64,000 nucleotides of DNA from an uncultured Methanoregulaceae archaeon. Its GTDB lineage: Archaea > Halobacteriota > Methanomicrobia > Methanomicrobiales > Methanospirillaceae. Shown here in pieces: positions 10,922-20,670 of the stretch. The notes below the pieces were generated by a model, which was not told the origin of the DNA, did no database searches, and saw only the letters and a program-made list of their open reading frames with translations. Position numbers and translations under genes: made by a program. Within the stretch, counting starts at the first letter, position 1, and the number at the start of each line of letters is the position of its first letter. The stretch is taken from the NCBI GenBank assembly GCA_963705255.1, contig OY970061.1, positions 2,536,651 to 2,600,650 of the forward strand. Reading direction: 5' to 3'.

Positions 10922-11256
10922 TGTTCCTGCACATCCACAAGTTTGAGGGGGACATCCCGCAGTGCTTTGCCGATAACCGATTTGGCAATCCGACCGGCAT
11001 GCTCTTCAGATTCAGCCCGGAACACTTTCATCTCAAGGACAAGACCCACGAGCGCGGTATCTGCCACCACGATAGCGCTCGAGAGAGTCTCCTCGCAATA
11101 AGGACAGGTGAGGAACCCGGCATCGACTTCCACGTACTTTGCGGCCGGGTTGAGGCGTTTTCCGGCCTCGCTGACAGCAATCCCGATCGCGTCGTCAAGG
11201 GACTTGACATCGCGAACGATCCATGCAGACTCCAGGGTCACTACGTAATCCGGCAT
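10918..11256 (-). CDS. DUF555 (UPF0212) protein
   Basis: [17 protein letters not shown]...[32 protein letters not shown]. Confidence 0.85.
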   Translation of the reverse strand: MPDYVVTLESAWIVRDVKSLDDAIGIAVSEAGKRLNPAAKYVEVDAGFLTCPYCEETLSSAIVVADTALVGLVLEMKVFRAESEEHAGRIAKSVIGKALRDVPLKLVDVQEQ

Positions 11257-11266
11257 CTTCTCACCA

Positions 11267-11794
11267 TCACCATGTTTCCCGGTGGACATGCTCCCCGACT
11301 TCCATGCGCCCGGTCAGGTGTGCCGGGGGATTGCTCCTCCCTACCGCGAGCAGAGCGATGGGTCGGATATGCTGCGGGAGATCGAGGACTTCCCGTACTC
11401 CGTCATCATCAAAAGCACCCGTCCAGCAGGAGTGGATATCCATCGCATGGGCTGCAAGCATCATGTAGGTACAGGCAATTGTGGCGTCTTCCAGTGCATA
11501 GAGAATCCCCCGTTCGCCATATCTCGACATCGAGCGGACATAGTTGGAGCAGACCACAAAGATTACCGGGGCCTGCTCCAGGTGCTGCTGCCCGTATGCA
11601 CCTTCTGCAAGCGCAAGACGTGTGTCCTCCCCGGTGACAACAATGACATCCCACGCCTCGAGATTGCCGGCACTTGGTGCAGTACTGGCACATTTCAGGA
11701 TGTACGTGATCTCTTCGTCAGTCAGCGGTCTGCCGTCGTACTCGCGGACCGATGATCGCCTTGTCAGGAACCCGAGAAAATCAGAGGAGTCCAT
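11267..11794 (-). CDS. Nitroreductase-family protein
   Basis: [14 protein letters not shown] and SCWTGAF motifs. Confidence 0.9.
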   Translation of the reverse strand: MDSSDFLGFLTRRSSVREYDGRPLTDEEITYILKCASTAPSAGNLEAWDVIVVTGEDTRLALAEGAYGQQHLEQAPVIFVVCSNYVRSMSRYGERGILYALEDATIACTYMMLAAHAMDIHSCWTGAFDDDGVREVLDLPQHIRPIALLAVGRSNPPAHLTGRMEVGEHVHRETW

Positions 11795-12146
11795 GTTCCG
11801 AGAGTACCTGCCATGCTTCCTGTGCCGGGGTTGTGGACAAGCTGATCGCCGAAGCAATCTTCTGGGAAGCTTGTTCCGGCTGGTTGCTTTCTGCAAGGGA
11901 AATGGCTTCGTTCAGGGAATTGATCGCTTTCTGGAACTCAGGCCTGCCGGTGCTCTTTGCCGCAAACTGGATCTCATTCCGTATCGACTCCATCATCATG
12001 AGAAGCATGCGGCGTCCTCCGGCGCGCTCCTGCTCGGCAAATCCCGTAAGTGCGAGACAGAGCTGGGATGCAATGATCAGCTCCGACTTTGCCCGTTCTC
12101 CGAACTGGTAACTTTTTACTGCGGTTGGAAGATCCATACTCACCAT
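11781..12146 (-). CDS. Hypothetical helical protein
   Basis: 121-aa ORF overlapping the next gene of the same-strand operon. Confidence 0.7.
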   Translation of the reverse strand: MVSMDLPTAVKSYQFGERAKSELIIASQLCLALTGFAEQERAGGRRMLLMMMESIRNEIQFAAKSTGRPEFQKAINSLNEAISLAESNQPEQASQKIASAISLSTTPAQEAWQVLSEHGLL

Positions 12147-12275
12147 AGTTGTTGGGATAAAAGATAGTTATCCCTGACGCATTATTTCTGAAAAACAAAA
12201 CACACCGCAGTGTGAAAAACTAAAGAGGTTCATTGAACCTCTCAACCCATCACGGGCCCGGACGCGTTTTGGTAC

Positions 12276-12602
12276 TTACCGCGATGACTTCGCTTTGGCG
12301 CCGAGCGCCGAGACTTTTGCGCGGCGCATGCGGCGGCGGATCATCGGGTTTGCTGTCGATTCGTTCATACCGGATCCTCCCGAGCGGTCTCCGCCACGCC
12401 TGCCCCCGCCACGACGCCCGCCGCGTCCACCGCGTCCGCCCATCGCTTCTGCGGCCTGGTCAATCTGCTTGACATTTGCACCGGCTTTGAACCGCTGGTT
12501 GGGACCGGGGGTCTTCGCCTCTCCTTCTTTTTTGGGGACGAGACGGATCTGTCCTTTGACACCTTTTACCTGCGCCCAGAGGGTTGTACCTGTTTTGCCC
12601 AT
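12276..12602 (-). CDS. DUF5350-family small basic protein with RGG-rich insert
   Basis: MGKTGTTLWAQVKGVKGQIRLVP...PGPNQRFK; AGGAG SD upstream. Confidence 0.75.
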   Translation of the reverse strand: MGKTGTTLWAQVKGVKGQIRLVPKKEGEAKTPGPNQRFKAGANVKQIDQAAEAMGGRGGRGGRRGGGRRGGDRSGGSGMNESTANPMIRRRMRRAKVSALGAKAKSSR

Positions 12603-12794
12603 AATGAAACTCCTTATCTAATTCTGCCGCCCCACTCATAAATGTTAGGGAGGGTTCCCACGGTATCTCTTGTGGAGTACGGGAAACAACACCTCGGTGA
12701 ACAACACCAGCCTTGGGTTCTTTCATTTCGAGACATCGCAGGAGATGATGTCGATCAGGAGGCATGGAACCCCCCACTCAGTTTCCCGTTGGCT

Positions 12795-14645
12795 TTACCC
12801 CGGCTTCGCAGCAAGGGCCCGGTCGATCTCCCGTCTCAGGATCTCGCTCACCACTTTTCCGTCAACGGATCCCCGTACTTCCGCCATGACCACACCCATG
12901 AGAGGGCCGAGTGCTGCTTTACCTTTTTCGGCGACAAAGTCCGGGCGATCGGCGATGATCTTTCGTACAATCGATTCGAGATCGTCACGCGATACGGCGG
13001 GGGCGAGCCTGGAAAGTGCAGCATCCACGGTGCTGCCCGAAGCTACGCCACGGAGGAGATCTGGGATCGCTTCTTTTGCAGCCCGCCCCTGTTCGACAGC
13101 GTGCCAGATAGAGAGATATGCATCATCCGGTATGGTATGTATTGCCACTCCTCCCCGCCTGAGCTCTGTGGAGGTCGACAGGATAGTGAACACGGCGAGC
13201 TTGGGTTTTATCCCTTCCTGTATCGCGCGTTCGAACAAGGGGAGTTTGTCTGATGATACCAGCTGAACTGCATAATTCTTTTCGATCGCATACTTCTGTG
13301 CATAGCGCTCGGCCTTTGCAGTCAGCAGTTCGGGTACGGTGACCGAGGCCCACCGGGGATCATCGATGAATACCGGCAGCACGTCCGTCTCCGGGTACAT
13401 GCGTTCGGCCCCCGGCAGCGGGCGCATATATGCCGTGCTCCCGCTCTCGAGCATCTTGCGCGTCTCCTCCGGTACGGGTTTGTCTGAAAACGCGATCCGG
13501 GCCCGCATGATGACCTGCGCGATCGCGCACATGGCTTGTTTCTCGTTTGCTCCTGAAACGAGAATTACACAGTCATGCTTCCCGGCGCCGATATGCGAAC
13601 GCAGGCTGGCTACTTCTTCCGCGGTAACCCCGTACGCCGGGAGTTCGTCCGTATGGAAGATACCCCCAACCCCGCACTTCTTCGCATAATCTGACATCTC
13701 GCTACCCAGACGGCGCTCCGGCTGGATCTCCCGGCCTACGAGATCTGCAAACCCCTTCAGGGTAAGCGCACGGATCTTCTTTGCTTTTTTCAGCACCGCC
13801 GATCTGGTATCCCTGAAGAGATCGGTGACGTCCTTATCGCGTGAAACGGAAGCCCCCCTGGAACGGAGCTCGTCGCGTATCTCCAGGAGGTTCTGCTGCC
13901 GCTGCACCTCGCGCCTGACAACTTCGGCTATGAGATCGAGCTCCTGCACACCTTTGATCTCGACCCGTGCACCCCTGGCGATCGAGATGTTCACATCCTG
14001 CCGGATGGTACCCAGGCCGCGTTTCACGTTGCCGGTAGAACGGAGCACCATGCCGATATACTCGGCGACCTTCTGTACCTCCTCCGGCGTGTGCATACAT
14101 GGAGAGGTCGTTATCTCCACCAGAGGGATCCCGAGCCGGTCCAGCGAGAAGACCTCGTCTTTCACCCGCTGCGCCGCTTCCTCCTCGAGACAGATCGTCT
14201 CTATCCGCCCCCCGTCCGGGAGCACACCGTTGAATGCCACAAGTGCCGTGCGCTGGAACCCGCTGGTGTTCGACCCGTCGATCACGAGCTTGCGCATGGT
14301 ATGCACCTGCGGGACCGGTGTCATCCCGAACATCTTGCCGATCGTCAGGCAGATAGTAAGCGCTTCGTCATTGATCGGCGCCGGGGGTTCCTCATCGTTC
14401 TCGACAAGGCAGGTCGTGTCGTAGGTGTAGTACTGGAATTTGCGGTGGTGTTTCATCTCTTCCAGCGCCGCGCGATCGATCCCTCCCATCTCGCTGACCG
14501 TTGCCCGGAGATACCGGGAAAATTCACCACTATGCTCAGAAATCTCACGGAGTGCGGTCGGGCAGTGGCAGAACAGTTTCTCCTTCGTGTCCAGCTGCTG
14601 GTGGATCTCGATACCGGCAACCAGTCCGAGGGCCTTATAATCCAT
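12795..14645 (-). CDS. gatE: Glu-tRNA(Gln) amidotransferase subunit E
   Basis: GIEIHQQL, DGSNTSGFQRT, LDRLGIPLVEI, RPLPGAERMYPETD, C-terminal YqeY-like domain. Confidence 0.97.
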   Translation of the reverse strand: MDYKALGLVAGIEIHQQLDTKEKLFCHCPTALREISEHSGEFSRYLRATVSEMGGIDRAALEEMKHHRKFQYYTYDTTCLVENDEEPPAPINDEALTICLTIGKMFGMTPVPQVHTMRKLVIDGSNTSGFQRTALVAFNGVLPDGGRIETICLEEEAAQRVKDEVFSLDRLGIPLVEITTSPCMHTPEEVQKVAEYIGMVLRSTGNVKRGLGTIRQDVNISIARGARVEIKGVQELDLIAEVVRREVQRQQNLLEIRDELRSRGASVSRDKDVTDLFRDTRSAVLKKAKKIRALTLKGFADLVGREIQPERRLGSEMSDYAKKCGVGGIFHTDELPAYGVTAEEVASLRSHIGAGKHDCVILVSGANEKQAMCAIAQVIMRARIAFSDKPVPEETRKMLESGSTAYMRPLPGAERMYPETDVLPVFIDDPRWASVTVPELLTAKAERYAQKYAIEKNYAVQLVSSDKLPLFERAIQEGIKPKLAVFTILSTSTELRRGGVAIHTIPDDAYLSIWHAVEQGRAAKEAIPDLLRGVASGSTVDAALSRLAPAVSRDDLESIVRKIIADRPDFVAEKGKAALGPLMGVVMAEVRGSVDGKVVSEILRREIDRALAAKPG

Positions 14646-15873
14646 AGGCGCTCCTCCGCATGCATTCCCCTTTGAGATCCCTCTGCATGAGGGCTGCAGA
14701 TCTCTCCCGGTTCTTCTCGTTCCCAAGCACCCACATAAGCTTCACCAGCGCCGCTTCCGGCAGGGTATCCCCGGCTTCAATGACCCCTGCGGCCAGCAGA
14801 TCGCGGCCGGTATCATAGACCCGGTCGCACACCCTGCCGTTCATGCACTGGGAGGTCATGACGACCATGGTCCCCTCGTGGATGAGTCGCGCGAGACCCG
14901 GGATGAGCGCTGTGCTGACATGACCCAGGCCGGTCCCGGAGATAACGAGGCCCCTGTACCCTTTATACGCCTTCAGGACATCCGGGAACATCCCCGGGTA
15001 GAACTGGACAAGGGCGCAGTGCGGCTCCATTTTGTCCCGGAGTGCGAGGGAATTCGTACCCCGTCGTACGGCAGCATGTCCCAGCGTCACTTTCCTTGAG
15101 GGGAATTCAATCCCCCCGATGGGTGAAATACCCAGGCTCCGGAAGGCGTCCCTTCTCGAGGTGTGCATCTTCCGGACCCGGGTGCCCCGGTGGATGGAGC
15201 AGACATCATCGCTGGTCGTCGCATGCATCACAACCGCGACTTCCCCAAGATCGCTCGTTGCCGCCGCGGCAGCGCAGACCGCGTTCATCGCGTTGTCGCT
15301 GGACGGCCTGTCCGCGGAGCGCTGGGAACCAACAAATACGATCGGTACCGGGGTGTCGATCATGAAACTGAGCGCAGCGGCACTATATGCCATGGTGTCT
15401 GTCCCGTGGGTAACGATGATGCCCTGAGCGCCGCCACGGATCTCGTCATACACTGTCCGGGCAAGGTCCTGCCATATCGCCGGGGTCATGTTCTCGGAAA
15501 GGATCGTTGCGAGAGGGATGGTCCGGTAATTTGCTATCTCCGCAAGTTCGGGGATGGCGAGCAGGATATCGCTCGCATTGAACTGGCTGGTGACCGATCC
15601 GGTCCGGTAATCGATCCTGCTTGCAATGGTCCCACCGGTAGAGACAATGGAAAGGTTGGGGAGCTTGCTGTCCTGGACCACGTCAAGATTCCTTCCTGGC
15701 GCAGGTTCCGGGTGCCCGATGACCGTACAGGAGCCCGGGATAACCCCGATGTTGTAGCCTGAATCCAGCTTGACTACCGCCATGCCGTCGCGTTCGGTGA
15801 TGTAAATGCCGTTCCTGCTCATCCCGCCATGATCGCACCGGACAAGGTCCCCGGAAACTAACCGTGCCGTTAT
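14635..15873 (-). CDS. gatD: Glu-tRNA(Gln) amidotransferase subunit D (frame extends upstream to an ATA at 15873)
   Basis: STGGTIASRIDY, HGTDTM, GSQRSADRPSSD, KMHTSRRDAF; adjacent to gatE. Confidence 0.95.
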   Translation of the reverse strand: MTARLVSGDLVRCDHGGMSRNGIYITERDGMAVVKLDSGYNIGVIPGSCTVIGHPEPAPGRNLDVVQDSKLPNLSIVSTGGTIASRIDYRTGSVTSQFNASDILLAIPELAEIANYRTIPLATILSENMTPAIWQDLARTVYDEIRGGAQGIIVTHGTDTMAYSAAALSFMIDTPVPIVFVGSQRSADRPSSDNAMNAVCAAAAATSDLGEVAVVMHATTSDDVCSIHRGTRVRKMHTSRRDAFRSLGISPIGGIEFPSRKVTLGHAAVRRGTNSLALRDKMEPHCALVQFYPGMFPDVLKAYKGYRGLVISGTGLGHVSTALIPGLARLIHEGTMVVMTSQCMNGRVCDRVYDTGRDLLAAGVIEAGDTLPEAALVKLMWVLGNEKNRERSAALMQRDLKGECMRRSAYGL

Positions 15874-17352
15874 GCTACCAGCCTCCGCGCTTCAGCTATG
15901 AGGTGCTCTTCTGCAGTTGCAAGTTTTACCTGTTTTTTGCTGACTGATTCTGCATCACGGTGATGCTGTTTCCTCCGATCAGCAAGTGCAGCGCTCACTG
16001 CTTCCGGTGCCGGCCCGCCAGGAGCCTTCCGGAGCTCAAGAGAATATTTTACGTCGAGCATACTGTCAATATCCTGCTGTGTAAGGCCTTTTCCTGCAAG
16101 CGAGATTCCTCCGCCGACCTCTCCTGCGGCTTTTTCGAGCGTGGCAAGGGAGAGATCCCCTTTCCGGGCTGCCCTACCGACGATGTTGTGAGCCGTGCGG
16201 AAGGGAAGACCAAAGGACCTCACAAGGGAATCGGCAAGTTCGGTTGCCGTTGAGAACCCTTTCCCTGCCTCCTCTCTCATCCGTTCTGTATCGAACGATG
16301 CGCTGGCGAGCATATCGGCAAGGAGCCGCAGGCTCTCACCGGCATCCTCCATCCCGCGCCAGAGGTTCGGCGTGAGTTCCTGGAGATCGCGATTGTAACT
16401 CATCGGCAGGCCCTTGACCGTTACCAGTGCCCCGCTGAATGCCCCGAAGACCGATCCGGATTTTGCCCGCATGATCTCGGCAGTATCCGGGTTCTTCTTC
16501 TGGGGCATGATAGATGAAGTGGAGCAAAACGCGTCATCAAAGGTCACGAACTTCACAAACGAGGTGCTCCAGAGGATCAGTTCTTCGCAGAGCCTGCTGG
16601 TATTGGCCATCAGGATGGTGAGGTCTGCGAGGGTTTCAAGCGCAAAGTCGCGGGCAGCTACGGCGTCCATAGTGTTGGTGACAAGGCCATCGAAGCCCAG
16701 AAGTGCAGCGGTGAATTCGCGGTCTATGGGATAGCCGGTGGATGCGAACGCGGCTGCGCCAAGGGGGGACTGGTTTACCCGTGCGTATGCCTCGTTCAAC
16801 CGGTCAAAATCGCGGGAGAATGCCTGTTCGTACGCAAGGAGGTGGTGGGCAAGGGTGGTGGGCTGGGCATGCTGCAGGTGAGTGAACCCGGGCATTGCGC
16901 TCTCCGTATGGTTCTCCGCGAGAGTCAGGAGCACTTCCCGGACTTTCAGTACCGCGGCCATCTGTGCGATCAGATCTTCGCGCAGCCGGATCCTGATGCA
17001 GGTCACGACTTCATCGTTCCGCGATCGTCCCATGTGCATCCGCCCTCCTGCCTCAACCCCCAGCGATTCGATCAGGAGCGACTCGATCCCCGCATGCACA
17101 TCCTCGAACCGTTCATCGAACACCTCTTCCGGTATACCTGCGTCATGGAATCTGAGTAATGCAGGAAGGAGCTGGCGTGTCGTGGCACGATCATTGATCT
17201 TCTGCCTGTCCAGCATCAGAACATGGGCAATATCCACGAGGATATCCGCTTTGGCTATATACCGGTCTGCACGCATCGATGAGAGGAACTGCATCATCTC
17301 TTCCGTCCTCTCACCGGAAAGGCGCCCCAGACCTCACAACGTCGCTTCGCAT
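15870..17352 (-). CDS. argH: Argininosuccinate lyase; one extra base near 17331
   Basis: GRSRND, MPGFTHLQHAQP, SSIMPQKKNPD; N-terminus MRSDVVR/LGRLSGER is restored by removing one base. Confidence 0.95.
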
Positions 17353-17390
17353 CCGTTTCACCATCCGGGTTTATCTTTACCTATTGGCTG

Positions 17391-17540
17391 TCAGTTGATT
17401 AAAGCCACGCCTTGCGTGCGGCCGGTTCTATCGCCTGCTGGCTGGATGCGCTCAGGATAATCGTTGATGGCTGGGACAAATTCCTCATCTGAGATGAGAG
17501 CAGCGCGCATGAGTCGAAGGATCAGGTCAGATTGTGTCAT
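17391..17540 (-). CDS. Possible 49-aa small protein
   Basis: MTQSDLILRLMRAALISDEEFVPAINDYP...; fills the gap upstream of argH; no recognised family. Confidence 0.25.
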   Translation of the reverse strand: MTQSDLILRLMRAALISDEEFVPAINDYPERIQPAGDRTGRTQGVALIN

Positions 17541-17736
17541 ATATCTGATACACCCGTTTCAATCGAGAAATTTTTTCCCGATTGTCCGAAATAATGCCAG
17601 AAATTTACCATATTGTGAACAATTTTATTTCAGAGGCTGTTTTTTTGTCCATTTTTTTACAATAAATTATGACAAAAGGAGAGGAAAAATATTCTTATTG
17701 GTCACTTTTTTATTATTGACAGAACAACTCTCCCCC

Positions 17737-18990
17737 ATGAAAGCAATGAGGATTACGGTAATAGCATTCATCGCCATTGGCCTCGTATTGTTCACGGCAG
17801 GCTGCACCCAGCCTGCGGCGACACCGGCAGGCACGACCCCGGGTCCGGCATCAACAGCGGCACCTTCAGGAACGGTAGGGATTCTCTACACGCAGGGTGT
17901 CGGACCGATGCCGGGCCTCCTCGCCACCAGCCAGGTCGATGGCTACATCTCTTGGCAGCCGGTCGTTGAGGCCGGTGTGGAGAGCGGGATCGGACAGGTT
18001 GCCTCCTATTCAAAAGACCTCCCGCCTGCGGGAAAGTGGAGCGATCACCCCCAGAACGTCTTCGTCGTCCGCCAGGACTTCTATAACAGTAACCCTGATC
18101 TCGTGAATGCGTTCAGTGCCCTCAACCTCGCATCGAGCCAGTACATCACCGATCACCCCCGGGAATCGGCGGCGATCGTCGCCGACTGGCTGGCAGGCAA
18201 GCAGAATTTCACCTACGGCAACGTAAGTGTCTCGTCTGTCACCGCGGTCAATAACTCCCTCCCGACCATCAGGTTCACCAACGAACCTTCGGATGCATGG
18301 AAGGGCAGCATGAATGACTTTATCCAGGCAGAGATCGACCTCGGCTCCATCAACGGATACTTAAAGAACGGCACGGCCGGAGACAAGGAATCGCTGCTCT
18401 ACAACTTCACTCCGTACCAGACTGCGCAGACCATCATCGCAACAAAGAGTGTTCCTACTCTGCCTGTCGTGAAAGCGCCGGTCACGGTCGGTTACCTGAT
18501 GGCAGTGGATCACTCCGCTCTCTTTGTCGCGGTCAAGAACTACCAGTACTTCAACGACACCTATGGTATCGAACTCAAACCCCAGGATCTAACCAAATCC
18601 AAACCCGATGTGGCAGACTTCATCGTGAACGGCCAGAAAGTCGCCGAAGTGCACCTCGTGTCCGCTTCGGCCGGCCCTGCCCTGATGCAGCTCGCGGCTA
18701 CCAATGGGATCCAGATGTCCTATGTCGGTGCGCCTCCGGCTATCGCCGCAATCGACCAGGGTATACCGATCAGGATCACCTACCCGATCGATAACCTCGG
18801 TACCGGCCTCGTCGTGACCAAAGGGGCGCCTGTCCAGGACTGGCAGAGCTTCACCGCCTGGGCAAAGCAGCGATCGGAGGCCGGCAAACCGCTCGTCATC
18901 GCTGCTCCCGGCAAAGGCTCGATCCAGGACGTCATGCTCCGCTATGCCCTGCAGGACAGCGGATTTGCAACAACGGAAGTAAAAATTTAA
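17737..18990 (+). CDS. NitT/TauT-family ABC substrate-binding lipoprotein (apparently circularly permuted)
   Basis: Lipobox FTAGC; VDGYISWQP, VTVGYL..DHSALFVA and PGKGSIQDVMLR motifs. Confidence 0.85.
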   Translation: MKAMRITVIAFIAIGLVLFTAGCTQPAATPAGTTPGPASTAAPSGTVGILYTQGVGPMPGLLATSQVDGYISWQPVVEAGVESGIGQVASYSKDLPPAGKWSDHPQNVFVVRQDFYNSNPDLVNAFSALNLASSQYITDHPRESAAIVADWLAGKQNFTYGNVSVSSVTAVNNSLPTIRFTNEPSDAWKGSMNDFIQAEIDLGSINGYLKNGTAGDKESLLYNFTPYQTAQTIIATKSVPTLPVVKAPVTVGYLMAVDHSALFVAVKNYQYFNDTYGIELKPQDLTKSKPDVADFIVNGQKVAEVHLVSASAGPALMQLAATNGIQMSYVGAPPAIAAIDQGIPIRITYPIDNLGTGLVVTKGAPVQDWQSFTAWAKQRSEAGKPLVIAAPGKGSIQDVMLRYALQDSGFATTEVKI

Positions 18991-19021
18991 TCAGGACAGC
19001 GGGTCATTATCATAGAGAACG

Positions 19022-19789
19022 ATGACGCGACGCCTCGGCCTTGTATTGCCCCTCCTCATCATCCTTGGATGGGAGGCTGTGGCAATCATCATCAACAACC
19101 CTTTTTACCTGCCGAGGATCGAGTCGGTCATCCCGGTACTGCTCAACCCCTTCAGCACGGATTATACGCTCGGGACGGGGAGCCTCGTTGACAATGCCCT
19201 CGTCAGTATCGAGCGGGTGATCATCGGGTTTGGCATCGCCGCTGCCGTGGCCATCCCTCTCGGGATTGGCATGGGCAGATCGTCACGGATCAACGATTTC
19301 TTCGATACGACCATCGAGATGCTCAGGCCCGTCCCCCCCCTTGCCTGGGTCCCCCTCGCGCTCGCCTGGTTCAAACTGGGCATCGCCTCGATCGTGTTCA
19401 TCATCTTCATCGGCTCGGTCTTCCCCATCCTGCTCAACACGATTGACGGGGTCCGCGGCGTGAAGAAGACCTGGATCGAAGTAGGAACAACGCTGGGAGC
19501 GAGCGAACGGCAGGTGCTCTCCAAGATCGTCGTGCCCGGTGCCGCCCCGACCATCTGGACGGGGCTTCGCGTCGGGTTCGGGGTCGCGTGGATGTGCGTG
19601 GTCGCAGCGGAGATCCTTCCCGGGCCGACGTCCGGCCTTGGATACCTGATCATGTACGCCTACAACCAGGGACAGATGAACGTGATCATTGCCGGGATGA
19701 TAACCATCGGTCTGATCGGGCTCGCGGCAGACCAGCTCTTCAAGATCGTAGAGAGGCGCCTTTTCAGCTGGAGGGGGCTTGACCGATGA
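19022..19789 (+). CDS. NitT/TauT-family ABC permease
   Basis: LRPVPPLAWVP, EAA-like loop, GLGYLI. Confidence 0.92.
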   Translation: MTRRLGLVLPLLIILGWEAVAIIINNPFYLPRIESVIPVLLNPFSTDYTLGTGSLVDNALVSIERVIIGFGIAAAVAIPLGIGMGRSSRINDFFDTTIEMLRPVPPLAWVPLALAWFKLGIASIVFIIFIGSVFPILLNTIDGVRGVKKTWIEVGTTLGASERQVLSKIVVPGAAPTIWTGLRVGFGVAWMCVVAAEILPGPTSGLGYLIMYAYNQGQMNVIIAGMITIGLIGLAADQLFKIVERRLFSWRGLDR

Positions 19790-20556
19790 CACTCTCCCTG
19801 AGGGAAGTCTCCCGGATATTCACCACGGAAAAAGGTGAGACGATCGAGGCGCTCTCGCGCATCTCCCTTGAGATCAGGGACCAGGAATTCATCTGCATCC
19901 TCGGCCCGTCCGGGTGCGGGAAGACGACGATCCTCCGCATCATTGCCGGGCTCGAATCTGCGACCTCGGGGACCATCTCCCTCAATGGCATGGCAATAAC
20001 AAAACCGAGCCCCCTGATGGCCATGATCTTCCAGGAATATTCGTTGTACCCCTGGCGGAACGTCCAGGACAACGTCACGCTCGGGCTTGAACTTAAGGGG
20101 ATGAAAAAGGCAGAGCGGGAAGAGAACGCAGAAAAGTACATCGAGCTCGTGGGACTCAAAGGTTTCGAGCACAGTTTCCCCTACGAATTGTCCGGGGGGA
20201 TGCGGCAGCGGGTAGCCGTTGCACGGGCGCTTGCCCTCGATCCCTCGATCCTCCTGATGGACGAGCCCTTCGGGGCGCTCGATGCCCAGACCCGGAACCG
20301 GATGCAGCACGAGTTGCTGCAGATCTGGCAGAAGACGAAGAAGACGATCCTGTTCGTCACGCACAGCGTCGACGAAGCGGTCTTTCTCGCTGACCGTATC
20401 GTTGTCCTGACCCGCCGCCCCGGGACCATCCGGGAGATCGTCACCGTTCCCGGGGAGAGACCCCGTGAGCGGACCGGCGAGGAGTTTGTCCATATCCGCC
20501 GCCACCTTCTCGACATGATCAGCGAGGAGTCGGGGACCGCGTCCAGTAAGGTTTAA
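19786..20556 (+). CDS. NitT/TauT-family ABC ATP-binding protein
   Basis: GPSGCGKTT, LSGGMRQR, LLMDEPFGALD. Confidence 0.95.
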   Translation: MTLSLREVSRIFTTEKGETIEALSRISLEIRDQEFICILGPSGCGKTTILRIIAGLESATSGTISLNGMAITKPSPLMAMIFQEYSLYPWRNVQDNVTLGLELKGMKKAEREENAEKYIELVGLKGFEHSFPYELSGGMRQRVAVARALALDPSILLMDEPFGALDAQTRNRMQHELLQIWQKTKKTILFVTHSVDEAVFLADRIVVLTRRPGTIREIVTVPGERPRERTGEEFVHIRRHLLDMISEESGTASSKV

Positions 20557-20670
20557 TACGCCCCATCTCCATTTTATAAAAGCAGTTTGTGGAGCGTACC
20601 GGCATGGCTGTCCGTTCATTTCCGGACGATTATGCCCGCTTTTGACAACATACCACAGGAGTAGGACGCG

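Noticed and set aside
12648-12789. Cobalamin riboswitch or HDV-like ribozyme
   Set aside because: GGTTCCC/GGGAA/GGTGAA fragments are present but the B12 box is absent; there is no room for HDV P4 and J4/2 between the two 3' arms
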